Assembly (NCBI RefSeq): GCF_036588685.1
Contig: NC_086378.1
Location: forward strand, 35,092,001-35,156,000
Length of the DNA: 64,000 nt
Source: Mytilus trossulus
Taxonomy: Eukaryota
Direction of reading: 5' to 3'
Shown: one piece after another, positions 12,403-25,688 of the stretch
Position numbering within the stretch: position 1 is the stretch's first letter
How the letters are laid out: the number at the start of each line of letters is the position of its first letter
The notes under the pieces: generated by a model
What the model saw: only the letters and a program-made list of their open reading frames with translations
What the model was told of the DNA's origin: nothing
Databases searched by the model: none
Translations under genes and position numbers: made by a program

Positions 12403-13437
12403 ATGATAACTAAGCGTCTTAAAATGTTTATGCGCTGTTCCGTGAAAAACATCGTATTACTGTGTGTATTAGTAACAATTCTTATCCTTGGATCATTAAT
12501 GACAGAAATTCCGACGGAAAAACGTTCGGATATTACCTACCATTTGGAATCATATAACATAAGTTCATCGACAGTTCGGATCAACCATTCTAAAAATGTG
12601 TCGGTACACAAAAAATCTATAAACGTAAAAAGTTTAAACAAAAACGATTTGTACAGTCATCCTTATAACTATATAAACACTCCATCTGAGACATGCAGTC
12701 ATCAAGGATCTAAAATTGACCCTTTTCTTTTAATTATCATCAAGTCAAACGTCAGAAATATGGATAACAGAATAGCAATACGATCCACATGGGGAAATAT
12801 ATCCGATCCATCGGTAAGAGTTGTCTTTCTTTTAGGATTTTCCCCGTTCCTTGAAAAGTTCATTAGCATGGAGCAATCTATGTATAACGATATTATACAG
12901 GAAGATTTCCTAGATAATTATAACAATAATACACTTAAGACAATTATGGGATATAATTGGAGTGTCAGCAACTGTAAAAACACTAAATATTTCTTTTTTG
13001 TCGATGATGACTATTTAGTGAATGTTCGGCTACTCTTAGATGTTTTTCGGAAACGTTTGCCTAGTAGTATTTTTACAGGATGTGTTTGGTATAATGCTAA
13101 ACCCAACCGGAACGTGCGCCGGAAGTGGTATGTTTCTATAAAGGAATATCCGGATAAACATTGGCCTCCATATGCAACTGGTGGCTCTATTTTAATGACA
13201 TATGATTATGCAAATAAAATGAAGGATGGATTTAAATCCATTAAACCTTTATATATCGATGATGTGTACCTTGGAATAGTTGCCAAAAAACTTAATATTC
13301 CATTAACGAATGATGGTCGATTTCATCCATATTACAATTTGGGAAGGATTCATCAAATGTATTCCATCCATAATTTTCAATCGCCAAACAGACTTGTAGA
13401 AGATTGGAAAAAATTAAAAAGTATTTTAAAAGCTTAG
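12403..13437 (+). CDS. GT31 family beta-1,3-glycosyltransferase (beta-1,3-galactosyltransferase / brainiac-like), type II membrane protein
   Basis: N-terminal TM segment (IVLLCVLVTILILGSLM); motifs RIAIRSTWG, DIIQEDFLDNYNNNTLKTIMG, FFVDDD (DxD), YPDKHWPPYATGG and IDDVYLG; acceptor TTTTTCAG| at 12368, first ATG at 12403. Confidence 0.93.
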   Translation: MITKRLKMFMRCSVKNIVLLCVLVTILILGSLMTEIPTEKRSDITYHLESYNISSSTVRINHSKNVSVHKKSINVKSLNKNDLYSHPYNYINTPSETCSHQGSKIDPFLLIIIKSNVRNMDNRIAIRSTWGNISDPSVRVVFLLGFSPFLEKFISMEQSMYNDIIQEDFLDNYNNNTLKTIMGYNWSVSNCKNTKYFFFVDDDYLVNVRLLLDVFRKRLPSSIFTGCVWYNAKPNRNVRRKWYVSIKEYPDKHWPPYATGGSILMTYDYANKMKDGFKSIKPLYIDDVYLGIVAKKLNIPLTNDGRFHPYYNLGRIHQMYSIHNFQSPNRLVEDWKKLKSILKA

Positions 13438-14768
13438 TTTCTTTAAAGTCGGTTCCTTAATAGAACTACTGATTTGAAGAAAACTAATCACGATTAATAT
13501 TATGAATCAGACGTGAAGAATGTTATAAACATAATGAATCTATAGCCTTAAATGTTCATTATAAACTATGGACAAAAAAACGGAATGCATGTAACACGCT
13601 GAAGAATCACAATGAAACTTACATATAAAACGTATATTGCTAAACTAATGGTCTATTATGAACACATAATATTGACAAACAGAATATAAAATGACGGATT
13701 GAAACAGAGTGTATCAAAGTGGATTCCTGGATTGCTTAAGAATTATTTTATTGTTGGAGTGCTAGCTTTTTTCTTTGCGTTTATCTGTATAATTGTAATT
13801 AAAATTAGATGCGTTTAACAAAAACGCTAAAAAAATGTATGAAAAATGAAAATGATGAATACAACAAATCTGTAATTTATGAAATCCATAACTGTGGTTG
13901 ATTTTTTTTTGTATTTATCCATTATACAATTATACAATTGCAAACTTATTGTATCTAAATTTTGAATGACTATGATTATCATTGTCGTTGTCGTCGTTAT
14001 CATCATCGCCAATGACGATAACGATGATTGTAAGGACTAGTGAAAAGTGATTTCTACTTTACCGAAACGCTGAGCCAGATTTTTGACGTGCTATTTCACA
14101 AGGTAACAGTTTGCAAGAAGACATGTTACCTTGTAAACATACACGTGCCTCCAATCAGACCAATGTTTTCTTTTATACCTAGATGTCGTTTGTACATTAG
14201 AGAAGACTTAGTAGCAAATTCGAAAGCTAGAGTCTTTGTTTTGATAATAGCAGATATATTTAAGGAAAAAAGTAGGTAACCGTTTTAATTTGGTAAATCC
14301 ATTGTACAAAATGTAATAAGCAAAAGACATTGGGTGTGTATTAACACTTACACATCGTATCAGTCAACCAATTTAATGATGATGACCTTTAATCTTTTGT
14401 AATGTCGATTTCAGACGTTATTTCTCTGTTCCTCTGTTGGGAGATCTTTGTGTAAAGAGTTCAACTTGTCAATGGCGTATACAAAGTTTGAAAACCAATG
14501 TTCGTACCGTATTAACTGATATATGCAAATGCAAAACTACTGAGAAATGTAAAGTTGACAATTTACAAAATAAAACTCATCACATTTGTCATAAATGATA
14601 GTTTACATTCTTCTATTTTTGTCAATATCGAGAAAAAGATCAATATTTGAAACAGAATGTCGGTATACTTTGATATATGAAAGCAACAATACTATACCAC
14701 TGTTCCTGGTATATGAAGTTTTTCAGCACTGATTGAAATGTTGGTTCCTCAGCGACATGACATCATTT

Positions 14769-14792
14769 AATATATATATATATATATATATA
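14769..14792. repeat. (TA)n microsatellite
   Basis: About 12 TA units, read directly. Confidence 0.9.
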
Positions 14793-15439
14793 TGCAGGAT
14801 GCTTTTTCGTTTTGTTTTTGAAAAGGTTCAGTATGAAATTCGGCATATCAATTTTAGAAAAAATCGTCCAAACTTAACAAATATGGTAGGTTTATATACT
14901 GTTCATGTTGATACGGTTACCGAGAGCGACAAGGGTGGATTTTTTAATGTCATTAAATCAACTGCTTCGTGAATAATATTAAAATATGGATTTCTAGTTC
15001 CTGTACGATCAGTATTCTTCATGTATACAGAGAAAATGTGTAATGAGGTTTGCATAGACAACATTATTGTTTGAGGCTAAATTGTATTTGAATTTTGCTT
15101 TGAGAGGGGGTAGGCATTCACATCGGCATTTTATTGAAACAGTCAGTGACTCGTGTGATCATTGTACATTTTGTAGATTAAGAATGCGTTACTGAATGCT
15201 GGACCATATACAAAAATGTAGCTTTGATACATTCAGACAATGCGTCCAGTTTCTGTTTTATCTGGCTCGCGCTTTATCCATTTTTTGGCAAAGTCCTGAA
15301 CTGAATAATCAGTTACAGCAACAACAGAATTTTTAATTTATAAATCAAGACTTACTGAGGAGCAGAACAAAATTTAGATTAAAGAGTACAATTATTTTTT
15401 TGGTTTGGAAAATCACAATAAAACTAAAACAAAATAGGA

Positions 15440-15900
15440 AAAAAGGGATATACCAAACTTATTGTATTCACAAAGATAATGAATGCTTGAATACAATCAG
15501 TACCTTTGTATTTTGAAGGACGAGTTGAAGTTCATCTTCTGGACTGTGGAATTTCGATATGTCGATTCTTTGTCTAAGAGCTCTCTGAGTTAATTATTGT
15601 TTATAATGCCAATGTCTCCAGTTATGACATGACCAGCATAGCATTATTTGTATGGTGAAGTAGTATTAGAGATATCGGGAAGGTTTGACTTTATATTTTT
15701 GAGGGTAAGATCTTAGGAATTCACTGGTGGTTGAAAAAGTGTGGATCATGAATGCAATAGATTTGGTGTATGTATATGAAATGGCTGTTGTAGTTTTATA
15801 ATGAAGTAATAAGGTATGTTTTGGTATTGTTTCTGCATAGATTGTAAATAAAAATATTTAAATGACATCCAAACCCTTATAAGCAAATTCAACATGAAAG
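15440..15900 (-). pseudogene. Degenerate fragment of a Penelope-like retroelement ORF (region upstream of the RT core)
   Basis: Minus-strand peptides EFAYKGLDVI and AGHVITGDIGII...LRELLDK..YR resemble the F.NKGLD / GHVITGDL...KGP.YR motifs I associate with these elements; stops and frameshifts present. Confidence 0.5.
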
Positions 15901-16577
15901 AACTACGTTTTTCAATATACTAGTGACTGGAAGTTATGCTTGGGTTTGAATAGCTTTGTGCTTACAATGTCCATAATTATTGCAATTATTCTGCACTTTG
16001 CAGAATTTTTATCAAAAACGAAAGCGTTTTTGTCCTCTTGAAATGTAAGCTTTGATAATGGTATATAAAACACAATCACTTCAGCATTCGAAACAAGCAT
16101 TGGTACAACAAAATAATTGAATAAAATTACTCATATATCTTAAAGTTTGAAGACTTAATTGCATTATTTTACATATGAACAATCACAATAATTTAATAAC
16201 TAGAACAATATCCGCTCTTTTACACATATCTACCCAATCTACGGCATAATTATTATGTTGACATTAAGAAAAAACGGTCTATTCATAATCCCAATCAAAA
16301 AAAATTAAAGGTTATGAAACTCGTTTGGAAAAGGAATAACCAGATATTTGGAAATATTATTGAACATTTATTGGGACCGTACTTGAATTATTTTGAGACA
16401 ATCGAATTCTGAAAGGTGATTTCAAAATATATACAGCTTCAAGAAACACATCTGTCACTGATCTTACAAATTACACAAACAAGTCTCAATCACTAAATTT
16501 ATCACTTTTAGGAATTTTTGGTCCTCGATGCTCTTCAACTTCGTACTTTATTTTTATTTTTTTTAATTTTTTTATTC

Positions 16578-16620
16578 GAGCGTCACTGATGAGTATTTTG
16601 TAGACAAAACGCGCGTCTGG
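16578..16620 (+). ncRNA. Degenerate minimal type-I hammerhead ribozyme motif
   Basis: CGTCA-CTGATGA-GTA...GAC-AAAA-C-GCGC-GTC-TGG; core GAAA changed to AAAA and stem II mismatched relative to the 52007 copy. Confidence 0.7.
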
Positions 16621-16657
16621 AATAAATACAAAAATTCAATCCTGGTATCTATGATGA

Positions 16658-17080
16658 TATAAAAAAGAACTATCCACAAAAGACCAAAATGACACAGACA
16701 TTAACAACTATAGGTCACCGTACGGTCTTCAACAATGAGCAAAGCCCATACCGCATAGTCAGCTATAAAAGGCCCCGATAAGACAATGTAAAACAATTCA
16801 AACGAGAAAACTAACGGCCTTATTTATGTAAAAAAAATGAACGAAAAACAAATATGTAACACATAAACAAACGACAACCACTGAATTACAGGCTCCTGAC
16901 TTGGGACAGGCTCCTGACTTAGGACAGGCTCATACATAAATAATGTGGGGGGGTTAAACATGTTAGCGGGATCCCCCTCCCCCCCCTTAACCTGGGACAG
17001 TGGTATAACAGTACAACATAAGAACGAACTACAAAAATTAGTTGAAAAAGGCTTAACTCATCAGATGGACAAAAATACAA
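16658..17080 (-). repeat. Short interspersed repeat, family B (minus copy), inserted into the hammerhead-bearing repeat
   Basis: Reverse complement of 58890-59245; fragments also at ~3650-3770 and ~31190-31265. Confidence 0.85.
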
Positions 17081-17835
17081 GTTTATTTAGAGAAACGGAA
17101 TGTGAAAGTTAGAATATTTCCTTTTAAAAAAAAATTATGAACCAGAGATATCTTTTAAATTTTCTAAACACCTTAACTGTCTAAAGCAAACAATTTAGAT
17201 CTACGAAATTTTCAAAATAAGCACCAAAACCCCATTTTTTTTTCAACAAGCATAAGTTATTGAGAACATGAGTATTAGACATAAACTATGTTTGAATACG
17301 TATGAATTTCAAATTAAACAGGAATATTATAAGAACAAAACTCCCCGTTCATATTATACCATCGGTGATAGATATTTAAACGTTTTGCACCAAATGAAGT
17401 GCACTTAACACGGATTTATATCAATCAAATATTAAACAAAACGCAATTGCTAAATATCAACGTTTACGCTTAATTTACTGTTTACCGACTTCGAATGAGA
17501 TTATTCGATTTTTTAAAAAACATGGATATCCGCAGGTTACGATTTGATTTTTTTTTCAATAATAAAAAAACTATCTCGATATCACTTGCGAAACAAACCA
17601 GTATTGTCGTCTTAATGTGAAATGTTTGTTAATGGGACAGAGGATAATAAGTATTATTATACCACTTTTTCTGGTATTAAAGTGCACTTTTTCAGTCTCC
17701 TGCCTCCCAGACGAGAGTTGGTTTTAAATGTAAACGAGAATCCTCAATTTACATCCTGAGCAACTGAGGAAACTGTAAACAGGTTTTAAAAAAAAAAATC
17801 TACTAAAGAAGAAAAAAGAATGAGACAGAGGATCT

Positions 17836-17910
17836 TGGTGGCCAAATGGTATAGCAACTTAACTAAGAGCCTGTGAACACTAAGATTGTGAGTTCGAATC
17901 CCGCACGTAG
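17836..17910 (+). mobile_element. tRNA-derived SINE head (Pol III A/B boxes)
   Basis: A-box-like TGGCCAAATGG (~17838) and B-box GTTCGAATC (~17892); no complete cloverleaf. Confidence 0.5.
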
Positions 17911-18148
17911 AATTCTTCTCTATTCAATCAATCAATAAATAAGATAGCAGCTATGTTTTATAAATGAATATCATTTCATAAATACATATCATTTTATGAA
18001 TAAATATCATTTTCTAAATCATAAAAATACATCATTTTGTAAGTCATTTTTTTTTCTAATTCAATCGCATTTTTATGAATAGATAAATATTGTCTAAAAA
18101 AATCACCACTGTTAATTCTCAAAACTGAGAATTAAAAGTATATATAGT

Positions 18149-19873
18149 TCAATTGATCTCCTCATACGTTCCGTCATCATATTCCATTACTTGAACTGTT
18201 CCATCATAAAATCCTATCCAAATGTTGTCGTGTATGTCAACAGCAAAAGATGATGGTTGGTTTTGGTATTGGTCTATTTTGATAAAATTTCCATTTTGAT
18301 CTAAAAGGTGCTGACGAAAACAAACACGGTCCAAAACTGTAATACGACCATCTCTCAGAAATCCAGCGCCAATAAATGAATACGCACTCTTCTCTTTACC
18401 TGTTTTTTCATCTTTTGGTGGGTACCTCATCTTGTGATTCCCGTGTTTGTCAAGAAGCTGTATCCACGACGATTTATCGTTTGGGTCACACGTGATACAA
18501 ATGTTTCCGTTTACACTCTCGTCTATGAATACTGGATTTTCAATTTTAATATTGTTGGAAATGTTCAGCTCATTCGTTTTGATTTTTTTGTCAGAATACC
18601 ATCGTATTACTGCTCCCCTTTCATTGCTTTCTGTCAAAACAGCGATATCTCTGTCTTTCTCTGGAGACGATACGGTACAAATAGCTGCCAAATGTTCAGA
18701 ACGTAATTTTATATGGGAAACCAATGTGCACGCTCCCGATTTTCTTAGAGTTCCAGCTACCGTTTTGAGAAGTTTGATGGTTTTCCTGTTTTTTTTACGA
18801 CCTATAAGCAAACCATGCTTTTGACTATGTCCAGCTGAAAATGGTTCTCCATCTATACGCGAAAGGAGAGTGGTAACGATTGGTTTTGATTCGTTTAAAT
18901 TAACCTCATTGACATCAACTCCAATAACCCAAGCCTCGTATATATTTGTCTTGGGTACAATACAAATGCAAGTATTTTCACATTTCGCCATTTTAATCAT
19001 TTTGTATTTTAAGTCTTTGTTATGATCTGCAGAGACCCCTAATTTTCTATCTCCGTTGTCTGGCGATTTTGACACATAAATATCACTTGAACTTTCGTCG
19101 TAATTCATATCTGTTTTTTGTTCATTCTTATAACGATCTGGATTTGTTTCTTTTGCAGACGCTTCTAATTTTTTATCATTTGATGAAGGGTTTTGTTCCC
19201 TTTTTTCCTCTTTATTTGTAAGAGATGATGTTTTGTCTACGGCCTTTGCCTTCTTACATTGAAAAAAATCTTGATAAAATTCTTTTGTTAAATATTTCTC
19301 CTCTATTTCAAAACTAGGAGGTTCGATATTCGGGATATTTTCCGAGTTGTTTTCGTTATTTGCCATTTTTTGCAGCTCGGAATTTAATTTTACAACATCT
19401 GATGGTTGAATGTTAGAATTTTGTTGTTGTACTTTCCTTGTTATTTGTTGTAAATTGCTACATCGAATATGATGATAATTATAGCATTCCTCAAATTTCA
19501 CGTTCGCTTGGTGCCTCGATTGATCAATCTGTCGTATAGCTTCTTCTTGTAATTCATGAAAAATTGTCTTTATTTTTCGTGTTTTTGAACGAATTTTAGT
19601 AATGGTTTCATCAACTGATTCGTTAAATGACCCTTTAATTGTTGTAACAACCTGCATTGTTTCGGTCAAACGTGGAATATCCTTTTCAGTTATTTCTGCA
19701 ATACTTTCAATCAAAACTTGTTTGTTATTGTGATCATTGAGTTTACTTTTTTTGCATGTAGTATGTTTTCCTTCTCCTGAAACACAATCATCACACACAA
19801 AAACATTGCATGCATCGCAATGGAATCTAATTTCTTGTAAAGTGTGTTCAGCGCAAGTTCTAGACGATGACAT
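18149..19873 (-). CDS. RING-less TRIM-like protein 1 (B-box2 + coiled coil + linker + NHL-like beta-propeller), 574 aa
   Basis: B-box CAEH...CDAC...CDDC...HTTC; helical heptad region; propeller blades PVFIDESVNGNICIT, FLRDGRITVLDR and PSSFAVDIHDNIWIG; acceptor TTTTAG| at 19893 just upstream of the ATG. Confidence 0.9.
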   Translation of the reverse strand: MSSSRTCAEHTLQEIRFHCDACNVFVCDDCVSGEGKHTTCKKSKLNDHNNKQVLIESIAEITEKDIPRLTETMQVVTTIKGSFNESVDETITKIRSKTRKIKTIFHELQEEAIRQIDQSRHQANVKFEECYNYHHIRCSNLQQITRKVQQQNSNIQPSDVVKLNSELQKMANNENNSENIPNIEPPSFEIEEKYLTKEFYQDFFQCKKAKAVDKTSSLTNKEEKREQNPSSNDKKLEASAKETNPDRYKNEQKTDMNYDESSSDIYVSKSPDNGDRKLGVSADHNKDLKYKMIKMAKCENTCICIVPKTNIYEAWVIGVDVNEVNLNESKPIVTTLLSRIDGEPFSAGHSQKHGLLIGRKKNRKTIKLLKTVAGTLRKSGACTLVSHIKLRSEHLAAICTVSSPEKDRDIAVLTESNERGAVIRWYSDKKIKTNELNISNNIKIENPVFIDESVNGNICITCDPNDKSSWIQLLDKHGNHKMRYPPKDEKTGKEKSAYSFIGAGFLRDGRITVLDRVCFRQHLLDQNGNFIKIDQYQNQPSSFAVDIHDNIWIGFYDGTVQVMEYDDGTYEEIN

Positions 19874-20899
19874 CTTTCTGGTCCAAATGAGTCTAAAATA
19901 AAATTAAAGTACAAATGATATTGTGTGTGTCAGTGTCTTGTACGTTTACAACTTTGTGCTAAACAAAAAACAACAAAAAAAAATAACAGGAAACACAAAA
20001 AATAACTGGACAGTATAACATACCACATCAATCACTAACAAGCAGACGAACAAAAGAAAAACACATGTATGTATATCAACCAGAAGATTTCTTTAAAATC
20101 TATAAATCAGTTATTGAATTTCTACTTAAACGGAGTTCAATTTTAATGAGGGGTTAATTTGAGTATAGAAATATGGTCATCACTGATTTTCCTCGACCTG
20201 GCAATAAATTGCTGCAAACATACACAGACTAGTTTAGAAAGACTTTTTAACTTCAAAAACCTTGTATACGACGACAGTCAAGCTTGCTTTCTGCATGTTC
20301 AGAAACCATTGCAAAATCTCTCTGAGGTTTCCCTAATTAACCGTATGCAATGCAGCATCTAAGCCCATATTCCAATATTCCCTAATTTTTAAATGCAATC
20401 TGCACATGTTCTCCCTTCTAAACACACTCTGGTCAGCCTAAGCAGTGTATTAATTCAAAATTTCCTCTCCCAATTATGCAATATGACACATTTGCCCCTG
20501 GACGTTAACATGCAACAATGAAAAGCGAATTCACGTTTTTGAAAAAGAAAACAAATGCAGCCAATTATTTTCGGCCTTATTTAGGGGGTTTTACGTAATG
20601 CATAAAGTTTAAACGGGCGATCGATACTGACCGTTTTTTTTTTGTTTTTTTTTAAATAGCATACATATATATTTTTGTTTAAAACCTCTAAGTGAAAAAA
20701 TAAGATTAGAGCATTGCATAAAATGTGTCATCCAAATGGCTACTTCGTCGATGGTATCCAAAGCCATTCAGTCATTTAAAAAATCTTGTCAGGTTTTTGG
20801 TCACAATTTACCGTAATTCCACTAGAATTTGTATAACATGGATATTTCCAATCTTTGAGGTTTTATGTGTTTGATGTCACAACTTTTAATGAATACCCG

Positions 20900-21105
20900 G
20901 CCATAAAAGAGAGGCGAAAGATACCAGAGGAATATTAAAACTCATAAAGAAAAATAAAGACTGAGCAGCACTAACCCCATGTGCTCCGGAAAGGTAGGCA
21001 GATCCTGCTCCAGATGTGGCACCCGTCGTGTTTCTCATGTTATTACGAACCAAGGAAATAGTCAAATTCGGTAGGTCACTTTCGTGAAAAAGTACGGGAT
21101 TACAG
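20900..21105 (-). repeat. 3'-terminal repeat of the Penelope-like element family
   Basis: Reverse complement of ACGGGTGCCAC...GAGCAGGATCTGC.TACC.TTCCGGAGCAC, which follows the RT relic at 62220; further copies at 30895-31340, 52750-52900 and 63010-63150. Confidence 0.7.
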
Positions 21106-21117
21106 CTGCACTATTAA

Positions 21118-21588
21118 AGGTAACAGACCACCAATTAAAAGTCCCTATCTGTTCAACCAAATTTTGCAATTTTCATAGCTTTCTAAATCTTTTATCTTAA
21201 GTTTAACCTCTAACAAACCAGGTATGTCCTGAATCGCACAGGTATCACCTTTCTTCATGCCAATTTTCAACATACCTTTAAAGCCATATAAGAAAGAAGA
21301 GACCTTCCGAACTGATGTACCACTAAAAATAACCCCTGGTTTTCTTGAAATCTTATATTAGTATACTATGGAGCGCATTAATTCTCAATTTTTAATGTCA
21401 ACTCATAGACATGTAAATTTGGGCTCAAAATGGTCTTAATATATTTCTCTTTCACCAAAAGTTTCATTTTTTGCAAATTTGTTGGGTAGTTTAAGTAAAC
21501 AATGACATCAAATGCACTATTTTTTGTCCGAGTAGGCCTACTTTCACTTTTCCTTAAATTTGAGGGAGTAATCGGTGGTGTGACACCT
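21118..21588. mobile_element. Degenerate MITE
   Basis: Imperfect TIR AGGTAACAGACCACCAATT / AATCGGTGGTGTGACACCT. Confidence 0.5.
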
Positions 21589-22039
21589 ATTAGGAACTTA
21601 CGACACGATTAATCATGTATTGATCGTTACATTTGCGTAACCTGCAAAGTTAACATGGTAGCGATTAATACGCCTTCATGTTGACATAGAAAATTTCAAA
21701 CTCTTGAAACCACTTTGATTTCGCTTAATCTTTTTTATTATATTCCTTTTGTAAAATTGTGTTTCTTTTATTTATAGTTAAACTTGACAATTTATAGCAA
21801 TTATAAATAGACATATTACCTTCTAACGAAAATTTAAAACCCGATGCAATTTGGTCCACTTATTACTAAAATAGTTGCGTGTAAAGTTCAACTATTTTTA
21901 ACTGTGGAAAGTCTAGTCGACTCTACTTCCTGGAACATTTACTGCGAAAAATATTAAATCTACCAGAAGTTAAACACCATAAGTAACTTTTGTGATTTTC
22001 TAAAAGTTATCAATTCGAACTCTTTCCTGTCAGTGAAAA

Positions 22040-22350
22040 GTAAAAACACAAAAATACCGAACTCCCGAGGAAAATTCAAAAAGGAAAATCAAAAATCAAA
22101 AGGCAAAATCAAAAGTCCAAACACATCAAACGAATGGGTAACAACTGTCATATTCCTGACTTGGTACAGGCATTTTCTAATGTAGAAAATGGTGGATTGA
22201 ACCTGGTTTTATAGCTAGCTAAACCTCTCACTTATATGACAGTCGCATCAAATTCCATTAAATTGTCAACGATGCATGAACAAAACAAACATACTCAAAG
22301 AGTAAAAATGTCAAAAATAGGGGTACAACAGTCAATATTGTGTTATCATC
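22040..22350 (-). repeat. Short interspersed repeat, family E
   Basis: Homologous to 40085-40360 (same orientation) and 27130-27390 (opposite orientation); shares the AGTCAGGAATATGACAGTTG core. Confidence 0.8.
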
Positions 22351-23169
22351 TTAATTGATTTTCTGTAGTAATCCGTATACTAGTACATAATATTGATAAT
22401 TGAATGTAAATGATCTAACCATTTATAATTATTAATCATTTACTGAACCTGTTTGTTCAGTAAAACTAACACTACAGGGGTGCCCTGTCAAATGCTTTAG
22501 ACATGGTATTCTTTATAACAGCAATAGTGCAATAAATCAGGTTTTATATAAAAAAAAAAAAAAAAAAAGATTTACAGTATGCTTTAAAAGCTTATCATTT
22601 GTAATTACCAATTCATCAAACAATTTACATGGTAATTGACTTTTAAAGATAGGTTACTGAAATGAAACGGCATCCAGGTAACCATTGAAAGCCCGTAACC
22701 CCTTCAGTCAGTTTTGATTGTTGAAAACGCCCATCATTAAATGTTGCTAGTGATTTGTTTTGATTTTTTTTTCAAAACCTATAAGCCAAACCCTGAGTTA
22801 TAATCAAAATCCGAAACCGTAAATTAAAACCAGTTTTAATGCAACAAATACTATGAATGCTATGATACGAGAAATGAAATAATCTTTTTCAAATGTTGGG
22901 ATGCGACCTGATCTTGGGATGTTGGCACTAGCTATATAGACATGTTAGAAAATTTTATTGATTTATCTAGCACCGGAAACCTAGTCCACCTTTTCAAAGC
23001 GGCTTTAATATTGTCCAAATCATTTGATAAAATTTATCTATATTTTACGTATACAAAAGTCGAGATTTTTTGTCTGAGAGCGATATATAAAATAAAATAG
23101 AAAATTGATGAAGCATGTAAAATGTTTGAGGTTCTAATCAGTAGAGAAATAGAATATGAATATTAAATG

Positions 23170-23420
23170 TAAAATAAAGGCAACAGTAGTATACCGCTGT
23201 TCAAAACTCGTAAATCTATGGACAAAAAAACAAAATCGGGGTAACAAACTAAAACTGAAGGAAACACATTTAAAATTAGAGGATAACAACGACACCACAT
23301 TAAAATGTAACACACAAAGAAACGGACTAAGCATTAGACAATATCCGATGAGAATAACAAATATAACATCAAAACCAAATACATGAATTTTGGATTGAAA
23401 AGTGCCGTAGATGTGATTCA
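23170..23420 (-). repeat. Short interspersed repeat, family D
   Basis: AAAGGCAACAGTAGTATACCGCTGTTCAAA end shared with 36505-36710 and, inverted, 59520-59575. Confidence 0.8.
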
Positions 23421-24479
23421 AAGGAAATTAAAGGATTAGGTTGAAAAAGTAAGTTACTTGTATACAAAATTATTAAACTTAATCAAGATGAAGAATTTTA
23501 CTTAATAGACCATCATATATTCTTGACTTGCAAGAGAATATAGACTAGCTTTTGAAAACGAATAACATTTCCTGTTGGAGTGTAATACAAATACCAAAAA
23601 AAATAGATACCATCAAAAGTTAAACAGATGAGAGGATTTTTTTCAAGCCATAAAAACACACAGAAATTTTAAATTATGAAGCCTGCATTTACAGAAGGTT
23701 TAACAAAAATTTCATGCAGTTTTTAATTACCTTGTAGGTAAGGACACAGAAGATGTCCCAAGTCAGGTGATTCTGGCTTTTGTTAGGCTTGCATATTTTT
23801 TTTTATTTTAGTACATTTATATGTTTTGGAGTTTAGTGTGACGTCAAATGTCATTGAACTAGGACAAATTTTGTTAAGGGGCCAGGTGAAAGCCGCCTCT
23901 AGGTTTGGAATTTTTTGCTATGTTGGAGGCTCATTAGGATCCCTCATATGTTTTCTGCTCTTTGGTCGGGTTGTTGTCTCTTTGACACGTTCTTCTTTCC
24001 ATATACATTTTCTGCTGCGCATAGATCATCTTTCAGGGTATTCCAAAGTCATGTGAAAGAGCGTTTTAAGGAAAGGATCCTCGAAAAACGTATAATTGTC
24101 AATTTGTCCTGTTTTCAACGTTCTATGTTTATGTAGTCACGTCATGTAGCGTTTAGATATCTCAGTTGATAATATATTGAAAACACGTGTTAATTTCGAC
24201 ATTTGCTCTTACATGTATCTGCTAGTTTGTCGAGTGTCATTGTGACGAGTTTTCCAGCAGTGACAATTTACCATACATATGACCGTCTCGTTAGACAATA
24301 TACTTAATTTAGTTCACTGGGACACACGAGATGCGTGTAATGTATGAAGTACTTGCAAATACCTGAATGGAAGGACGTCAGTCACATATCTAAAATTGAA
24401 TCTAAAATTGAAACTACATTGTAATGATTTATTCTGGATGTGTTTCATTTTGTCATTTGTATTGATTACTATGTAAGAC

Positions 24480-25065
24480 ATTCTTTACACGCGGCACCGG
24501 ATTCAAATTAAAATGTAAATCATATTTAAGCTAAGTCATTAAACTTGACTTACATTCCTATAAGTAGGTCTTCCTTCTAATAAAGATTCAGGGATTCTAA
24601 TTGATGATGTGTATCCTCATGGCAGACCCTTACCTGTACTTATGACTATCAATAAATCAAATTCTTTCTATGACAACAGTATACGTAAACTTTCACTTAC
24701 CTGTACTTAGAACTGTCATTCAACTAAGTTCGTTCTATATTACGACATAAAGATCACTGCGGCCTGTGATTTCAATTGAATCTTGTCAATGTCGCGACAT
24801 TTGGTAAACACATCTAATTTGTCTTTGAAACTCTTACTTTTTCCTTCTTTTTCCTGTCTGTTGCTTTTACGATTTTTAATTTAGTTTAGACAGGATTTCT
24901 GTCCACAAAGAACTTTTAAAGCAGGTTAAAACTTACCTATGCTACCTGTTTAATATGGTGAGTATTTTTATTTGTTTATATATATATATTGAAATATGAT
25001 AACGGTTTAAACACTTTGTTTAAACTTGGAGTATCCTTTTGTATTGAATAGGTAAAGTAACAAAT
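24480..25065 (-). promoter_or_regulatory. Conserved upstream block of TRIM-like gene 1 (candidate promoter / 5'UTR exons)
   Basis: Collinear similarity to 32065-32797 (CGGCACC.GATTCAAATTAAAAT; GTTCTATATTACGA.ATAAAG.TCA; CTACCTGTTT); minus-strand donor consensus AG|GTAAG near 24633, 24701 and 24935. Confidence 0.55.
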
Positions 25066-25300
25066 CAAACAGGAATATCATAAAACGTTTATATCATACA
25101 CTCGGTGATACATATTCATACGTTTTCCACTAAATGCATTGCGAATAAAATGAATTTGTATCACCTAACGCAATAGCATTGTTTACCAAGTTCGAATGAG
25201 TTTATTCAATTTATTTAAAATCATGTATACCCACATAGTTTCTAGAACGTTTTTATATATTTAACAGCAATGATTAGATTGTTTTCAATAAAAATGTTAA

Positions 25301-25688
25301 GGGAGTTCGCTTCTCAGTTTCAAAGTAATTAACTTTTCAAAACACTAGCTTATATAGATAGGGGATTAATAAAGTAATCCGAAGAGCAAAAAAATATATA
25401 GGTCACCGTGCTTGTTTTCGAGATATTAGCCATTGAAATTTTGACGGGAAAATATTCTCTCTTGATTTTTCATAGCTTTATCATTAAAAAGTTGAAGTTC
25501 TCAAAAACTGTTAAAAAGTAATAAAATTTTATAAGACTTTTACAGATGGCTTATCATTATACATGTAAAAGATTTACAAAAATAAAAATGGGGGTCAACA
25601 GGCAAATTTTTTCAAGGCATTCAAATGGATAAAACCAGAGGATTCCGAAAATCTGACAAAAAATCTAAAACATGACAAGCCAGCTTCC
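25301..25688. mobile_element. MITE with TTAA TSD
   Basis: TTAA at 25297-25300 and 25689-25692; imperfect TIR GGGAGTTCGCTT / AAGCCAGCTTCC. Confidence 0.65.

Noticed and set aside
17836-17910. tRNA gene
   Set aside because: A and B boxes are present but there is no acceptor or anticodon stem; better explained as a SINE head.
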